Assembly: GCA_030141605.1 (NCBI GenBank)
Contig: JAQGDQ010002420.1
Location: 1-55,831, forward strand
Origin: Tubiluchus corallicola
Lineage: Eukaryota; Animalia; Priapulida
Direction of reading: 5' to 3'
Length of the DNA stretch: 55,831 bases
The notes below the pieces were generated by a model. That model was given only the letters and a program-made list of their open reading frames with translations. It had not been told where the DNA came from and did no database searches. This document shows positions 50,612-55,831 of this stretch, in pieces (within the stretch, counting starts at the first letter, position 1; each line of letters opens with the position of its first letter). A program made the translations under genes and the position numbers.

Positions 50612-51113
50612 AAAACAATACCTCCATTTAATTGACCGTAACAAACTGTTAAACAGCAGCATAATTTTGCAAAATATAGCAGCAATACATAAGAATATAA
50701 CAGTGATACCAATAGGCGATAAGCATTCTATAGCCCACCATAGAAGACACTTACAATAATCACAACTCCGCGATGGTGCCGTTGCAAACAACAATACACC
50801 ATACGCATACCCCCACAATTAAATTACTGTAACAGTACGATGTTATTATGCATATTTTTACACACATGTCTATTCCAATCTGTATGCATTTTGTACACAC
50901 AATACTGTCATCGATTTGCAAGCCTTAGAAAGCGATATTTTTGTAATCAACGGGTCACACTTAAGGTGATGTGTAATTTACAACACTAGGTTGTGTATAA
51001 AACAAGCAAGGGGTTGTGCAAAAGTTGTTAAAAGAAACTTACCACAGCAGATATTGCGGTTAAGAATTGCCTTAGCAAAGGCAGTTATGAAAGTGCGGTT
51101 ACCAAAAACACTC

Positions 51114-51142
51114 TTGACTTTTGAGCACATAAATATTATGTT
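51114..51142 (+). promoter_or_regulatory. sigma70 promoter of the yceD-rpmF-fab operon
   Basis: TTGACT, 17 nt, TATGTT. Confidence 0.55.
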
Positions 51143-51171
51143 TACTGGCTTGGCGTGGGAGTTTTTGTAGA

Positions 51172-51672
51172 GTGAAGATCGACGTACTTAGTATAACGGA
51201 AGAGCAGCAGGACATTCAGTTTGAGGGTAAGTTTTCCGAGGACGGTTCCGAGTACACGTACTCATTCTCGGGCTTTGTGCTCAAGATGGATGAGGACAAT
51301 TACCTGCTTGAAGGGCAGGTGAAGTATGCTCGTAGTGCTGTGTGCCACAGATGTGCTGAAGGCTTCTCAAAGGACAATAGCTTGAATGTGCGCGTGGTCG
51401 CGTCTCGGGTCGCTCCCATGTTGTTCATGGATGCAAACGTTGAGATAGATCTCAACGGGATTGATTCCTTGAATGATGAGGATACGTACCCTATTTTGGG
51501 CGATGTTATTGACTTGTGTGCCATTTTGCACGAAGAGATGCTTATCCACCCCTCCACCCAAGTGCTGTGCAGTGATGACTGCATCGGTGTAGAGGGTACT
51601 TCCTTTGGAGATGAAGAGGATGATAAGCCCCTAGACGACAGATGGAAGTCGTTGAAGGGCATTGTACAATAA
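51172..51672 (+). CDS. yceD: YceD/DUF177 family protein
   Basis: CHRC, LCSDDC.G, DDRWKSLK; conserved position upstream of rpmF. Confidence 0.88.
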   Translation: MKIDVLSITEEQQDIQFEGKFSEDGSEYTYSFSGFVLKMDEDNYLLEGQVKYARSAVCHRCAEGFSKDNSLNVRVVASRVAPMLFMDANVEIDLNGIDSLNDEDTYPILGDVIDLCAILHEEMLIHPSTQVLCSDDCIGVEGTSFGDEEDDKPLDDRWKSLKGIVQ

Positions 51673-51699
51673 AGATTTTTTTTCAGGAGATAATTCGTT

Positions 51700-51882
51700 A
51701 TGGCAGGACCAAAGAATAAAACCAGCAGAAGCAAGAGGGGACACAGGAGAAGCCATCACACTGCATCCTTTGTGGCTAGTGCCAAGTGTGGTAATTGTGG
51801 TGATGACATGCTTCCACACATGATCTGCCCTTCTTGTGGCTACTACAAGAGTAGGCAAGTGCTGAACAAGAGTGAAGTGTAG
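51700..51882 (+). CDS. rpmF: 50S ribosomal protein L32 (Zn-ribbon type)
   Basis: PKNKTSRSKR..RRSH; CGNC..PHMICPSCGYY. Confidence 0.95.
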   Translation: MAGPKNKTSRSKRGHRRSHHTASFVASAKCGNCGDDMLPHMICPSCGYYKSRQVLNKSEV

Positions 51883-52935
51883 ATGAAGATAGCTGTCGAC
51901 GTCATGGGGGGCGACTTTGGACCAGCAGAGATAATCAATGGCGCCTTTCTTGCAGCAAAGAAGTTTTCTATAGAGCCGGTGTTTGTGGGTGATGAGGGGG
52001 CTGTGCTCGAAGAGGTTAAGAAGATCCCTCATGCTAAGTCTATTGAGTATAGCGTTGTCCACTCGGATGTGAGCGTTGCTATGGAGGACAAACCATCCTA
52101 TGTGCTTCGCCACAAGAAGGACTCGTCCATTCACAAAGGCCTCACCCTTGTGAGGGACGGCGAGGCTTCTGCTTTTTTCAGTGTTGGCAACACTGGCGCC
52201 GTCATGGCGGTTGCCATGGCTGTTCTTAAGCGCATAGACGGTGTTGAGCGCCCTGCTATAGGAGCTATATTGCCCGGTTCATCCGGTCGCAGCATAATGT
52301 TGGACGTCGGCGCCAATGTGGAGTGCAGCGCAAATCATCTGCTGCAGTTTGCGGTCATGGGGTCAGCTTACTACAGCGCACTTTTCGGCAAGGAGCTCCC
52401 AAGGGTAGGAATTCTGAACATAGGTGAAGAGGACATCAAAGGCAATGACACCACTCGCAAGACGCTCTCTCTCATCAGAAGTATCTCACCTAACAACATT
52501 TTCGATTTTCATGGCAATGTAGAGGGGAAAGAGGTATTTAAAAGCGTTGTTGATGTCATAGTGACGGATGGTTTTTCCGGAAACATAGCGTTAAAAGTAA
52601 GCGAATCCGCCGGTCTCTTCTTGAGGCAACTCATCAAAGAGGAGCTATCCGGCAGTATTTCTTCCAAGCTTGGGGCGGTATTCAGCGCCAGTGCCTTGAG
52701 GAGAATAAAGAAGCGGGCCGACTATTCCGAATATGGAGGAGCACTCCTTTTGGGGGTCAATGGCATATGTACACTGGGACACGGCAGCTCCAACAGCGTT
52801 GCGATTATGAATGCGCTGAAGATATCCAGAGACCTGATTGATAATCAATTAAACAGATCGGTTGAGGATAAAATTCGAGAATCTTTTGAGTTTCTCAAAC
52901 TGAGTGAAGAATACGATAACATACCTAGCTTTTAA
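51883..52935 (+). CDS. plsX: Phosphate acyltransferase PlsX
   Basis: IAVDVMGGD, GNTGA, LDVGAN, NIGEE..KG, DGFSGN, HGSS. Confidence 0.96.
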   Translation: MKIAVDVMGGDFGPAEIINGAFLAAKKFSIEPVFVGDEGAVLEEVKKIPHAKSIEYSVVHSDVSVAMEDKPSYVLRHKKDSSIHKGLTLVRDGEASAFFSVGNTGAVMAVAMAVLKRIDGVERPAIGAILPGSSGRSIMLDVGANVECSANHLLQFAVMGSAYYSALFGKELPRVGILNIGEEDIKGNDTTRKTLSLIRSISPNNIFDFHGNVEGKEVFKSVVDVIVTDGFSGNIALKVSESAGLFLRQLIKEELSGSISSKLGAVFSASALRRIKKRADYSEYGGALLLGVNGICTLGHGSSNSVAIMNALKISRDLIDNQLNRSVEDKIRESFEFLKLSEEYDNIPSF

Positions 52936-52993
52936 GTGACTTTTAAGATACCTTAGGAGTTGTTTTTCTCCCAAAGTTAAGGAAAGGTGTGGG

Positions 52994-53980
52994 ATGATGA
53001 AAATATATACCAAACTTTCTGGGACGGGTGCGTACTTCCCTGAAAAAGTGGTAACAAATTTTGATTTAGAAAAGATTGTAGATACAACAGACAGCTGGAT
53101 AGTAAGTAGAAGCGGGATTCATTCTCGTCACATGGCTTCTGCCAGTGAGACTACATCCTATATGGGTTATGTATCTTCTAAAAGGGCCATAGAAGCCAGT
53201 GGACTTGTACCCAACGACATTGACGGTATAATATTTTCCACAATAACTCCGGACAGGATCATGCCCTCTTGTGCGTGTACTGTTCAAAAGCTTCTTGAAA
53301 TCAAGGACTGCTTTGCGTTCGACATTAGTCCTGCGTGTTCTGGCTTCACGTATGCCCTCACCTTGGCAGATTCTTTAATCCAAACCGGTAAATACAAACA
53401 CATCTTGATAGTCACTTCAGAGTTGCTCACGCGCACTCTCAATTGGAAAGATAGAGCCAGTTGCGTGCTTTTTGGGGACGGTTCTGGCGCTGTTGTGGTA
53501 TCTGCGACAGAAACCGACACTTCTCGTCTTCACTTCGTTGACATGAAGTCGGATGGTCGCCACGGCGATATACTCACTCTAAACGCCATAGGACTGGAAG
53601 GGATGAAGAGGAATCAATTGCATGATGAATCTCTGCTCCTCTCCATGGAGGGCAAAGAGGTATATAGGCTGGCGGTGAGAAATATGGCAAATATCGCTGA
53701 AACCGCCGTGAAGAACAGCGGTCTCAAGCTGAACGAAATAGATTATCTTGTGCCTCATCAAGCCAATATCAGGATTATTGAAGCAGTTGCAAAGAGGTTG
53801 AAGCTTCCCCTGGACAGGGCAATAATAAATCTTGACAGAAGAGGCAATGTGAGTGCTGCAAGTATAGTGACAGCTCTTGATGAAGGGATAAGAAGCGGTA
53901 CTTTGCAGAAGGGGAACAATATAGTCGGAGTGACATTCGGTGGTGGAGCCACTTGGGGCGCTTTTGTCCTCACTCTATAG
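52994..53980 (+). CDS. fabH: 3-oxoacyl-ACP synthase III
   Basis: ACSGF, FGDG, PHQAN.RI, GNVSAAS, FGGG. Confidence 0.96.
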   Translation: MMKIYTKLSGTGAYFPEKVVTNFDLEKIVDTTDSWIVSRSGIHSRHMASASETTSYMGYVSSKRAIEASGLVPNDIDGIIFSTITPDRIMPSCACTVQKLLEIKDCFAFDISPACSGFTYALTLADSLIQTGKYKHILIVTSELLTRTLNWKDRASCVLFGDGSGAVVVSATETDTSRLHFVDMKSDGRHGDILTLNAIGLEGMKRNQLHDESLLLSMEGKEVYRLAVRNMANIAETAVKNSGLKLNEIDYLVPHQANIRIIEAVAKRLKLPLDRAIINLDRRGNVSAASIVTALDEGIRSGTLQKGNNIVGVTFGGGATWGAFVLTL

Positions 53981-54013
53981 ATTATCTTGCAATATTTTAA
54001 CGAGGTGTGACAT

Positions 54014-54937
54014 ATGGCGATAGCTGTAGTATTTCCGGGGCAGGGTTCCCAATACGTTGGAATGGGCAAAGACTTTTATGAGGAATACAAAGAAGTAAGG
54101 GAGCTGTTCTCTTTGACCGATGAAGCCTTAGAGTTTAGCCTAACAGATATAATATTTGGGGAAGATGAAGAGAAGCTCAAGTTGACTTACCATACGCAGC
54201 CTGCTCTTCTTCTTTTGAGCTACGCCATTTGGGAAGTAACAAAATCTCGCATATCACCGTCATACATGGCGGGTCATTCTTTGGGTGAGTACAGCGCACT
54301 GACAGCCGCCGGCGGTTTTAATATCAGGGATGCTATCTTGGCGGTTTACCATCGTGGTTGCTTCATGCAAGAAGCTGTACCTGTCGGTGTCGGCAGCATG
54401 GCGGCGATTCTTGGTGCTGATGATGAGTTAGTGCTGTCGGTTTGTAACGAAATATCCTCCCAAGACCACGTGGTGGAGGTGGCAAACCTCAATTCTCCCG
54501 GTCAAGTAGTGGTTTCCGGTCATACAAAAGCTGTGGGCGAGTTCTGCAGCAAAATTAAGGAAAAAGGCGCCAAGCGTACAATCTCTTTGCCCGTTAGCGC
54601 TCCGTTTCACTCAAGCCTCATGGAGCCTGCAAAAGCTAAAAAGCCAAACTACTTGAATGACACTACAATAAATAACCTGTCGTTGCCGGTGTTCAACAAC
54701 GTGGATGCGTTGAGTGTGGATAAGAGCAGCGAGGTTTTGGATGCCCTGATAAGACAGATGACAGGCAGTGTAAAATGGACCTTGAGCGTACAAAATATGA
54801 TCAAGGCAGGATGTGATACGTTCATAGAGTTAGGAGCCGGTACGGTTTTGTCCGGGCTAATTAAGAAGATTGACAAAAATGTGAAGTGTATAAATATATC
54901 CAAGGTGGAAGATTTGGCTAAGCTGGATGCTATCTGA
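54014..54937 (+). CDS. fabD: Malonyl-CoA:ACP transacylase
   Basis: FPGQGSQ, GHSLGEY, VSAPFHS. Confidence 0.96.
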   Translation: MAIAVVFPGQGSQYVGMGKDFYEEYKEVRELFSLTDEALEFSLTDIIFGEDEEKLKLTYHTQPALLLLSYAIWEVTKSRISPSYMAGHSLGEYSALTAAGGFNIRDAILAVYHRGCFMQEAVPVGVGSMAAILGADDELVLSVCNEISSQDHVVEVANLNSPGQVVVSGHTKAVGEFCSKIKEKGAKRTISLPVSAPFHSSLMEPAKAKKPNYLNDTTINNLSLPVFNNVDALSVDKSSEVLDALIRQMTGSVKWTLSVQNMIKAGCDTFIELGAGTVLSGLIKKIDKNVKCINISKVEDLAKLDAI

Positions 54938-55019
54938 TCTTTAGTCAAGTTTGGGCGCTTCGGTCAAATTGCGCCGATGTCCGTTATCCGCACGACTTTT
55001 TAGAGGGGAGATTGAGAAA

Positions 55020-55766
55020 TTGAAACAGTTGGAAGGAAAGGTGGCTCTCGTCACGGGAGCTTCAAGAGGTATAGGACGTAGCATCGCCGTGAAGTTAGGG
55101 GAAAGTGGCGCAAAGGTGGCGGTGAACTACAGCAGCAGTCGGGAAAAAGCTGAGGAAGTCGTCAAAGAGCTGCAAAATGTCGGTGCAGAAGGTATTGCGG
55201 TACAATGTTCTGTGGAGTCGCCTAGCGACGTTGAGGCTATGTTTAAAACCATCGAATCATCTCTTGGCAGCGTGGATGTACTGGTGAATAATGCCGGCGT
55301 AACAAGGGACGGTCTCCTTATGCGCATGAAGGTTGAAGATTGGGAGCAGGTCGTTGATGTAAATCTTAAGAGCGTGTTCCTGTGTACAAAAGCAGCCCTT
55401 CGCCCTATGATGAAGAAGAGATACGGCAAAATCATCAATATATCGAGTGTTGTGGGTTTTACCGGCAATCCCGGACAGATGAATTATGCCGCTACAAAGA
55501 GCGGGGTTATAGGCGTCACTAAGACATCCGCCCTTGAGTTTGCATCCAAGGGTATCAGGGTCAATGCAGTGGCTCCGGGATTTATAGAAAGCGATATGAC
55601 AGACATATTGGCAGAAGATATTAAGACAGCAATGAAAGATAGAATTGCTCTGAACACATTTGGGAAACCGGAAGATGTGGCAAATACTGTGCTCTTTTTG
55701 GCGTCCGAACAATCGGACTACATCACAGGGCAGGTTTTGCACGTCAATGGCGGACTTTATATGTAG
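55020..55766 (+). CDS. fabG: 3-oxoacyl-ACP reductase
   Basis: TGASRGIG, NNAG, YAATK, PGFI; TTG start 55020 after AGGGGAG. Confidence 0.96.
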   Translation: MKQLEGKVALVTGASRGIGRSIAVKLGESGAKVAVNYSSSREKAEEVVKELQNVGAEGIAVQCSVESPSDVEAMFKTIESSLGSVDVLVNNAGVTRDGLLMRMKVEDWEQVVDVNLKSVFLCTKAALRPMMKKRYGKIINISSVVGFTGNPGQMNYAATKSGVIGVTKTSALEFASKGIRVNAVAPGFIESDMTDILAEDIKTAMKDRIALNTFGKPEDVANTVLFLASEQSDYITGQVLHVNGGLYM

Positions 55767-55799
55767 TTTGGGGTAAATTAAAAGAAAGGAGGTCATTAA

Positions 55800-55831
55800 A
55801 TGGCTGACATTGAATCAAAAGTAAAACAAAT
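55800..55831 (+). CDS. acpP: Acyl carrier protein, 5' end only
   Basis: AAGGAGG RBS; MADIESKVKQ; follows fabG. Confidence 0.8.
   Translation, partial: MADIESKVKQ

Larger units (their letters stand above)
49561..50800. repeat. Tandem duplication of an approximately 620-bp unit, each carrying one lipoprotein gene
   Basis: Identical 46 nt at 49561-49606 and 50181-50226; near-identical 49930-50080 and 50529-50680; divergent interiors. Confidence 0.88.

Overview
Bacterial chromosomal window from a diderm, probably Deferribacterota-like organism (inferred from protein style; not verified). A housekeeping backbone (lapB-like, mutS, trmJ-like, rnj-uppP-ftsK, yceD-rpmF-plsX-fabH-fabD-fabG-acpP) is interleaved with three TRAP-transporter catabolic islands. 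Island 1 (1-15187) is the most notable. It looks like an unusual sulfoglycolysis locus: CsqR-like regulator, YihU sulfolactaldehyde reductase, mutarotase, TauE exporter, a TalB-type transaldolase and an SqvD/SftI-like isomerase. Divergent from these is an operon with GH31, NagB-like deaminase, ChbG/YdjC deacetylase, an HpsK-like TRAP and GH116, which suggests an extra entry route for (N-acetyl)amino-sulfosugars. Island 2 (24337-34531) is an unassigned sugar-acid pathway. Island 3 (41197-49299) has the enzyme set expected for Kdo catabolism via D-arabinose. Other oddities are an HU-TM-OmpA fusion protein, a complete sigma54/IHF/UAS promoter, and a tandem pair of variable lipoproteins. About a dozen genes, including ftsK and mutS, are split by small indels that look like long-read assembly errors rather than real pseudogenes. 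Family assignments come from motif recognition and recalled sequences; no database search was run. No rRNA, tRNA, CRISPR array or mobile element was found.
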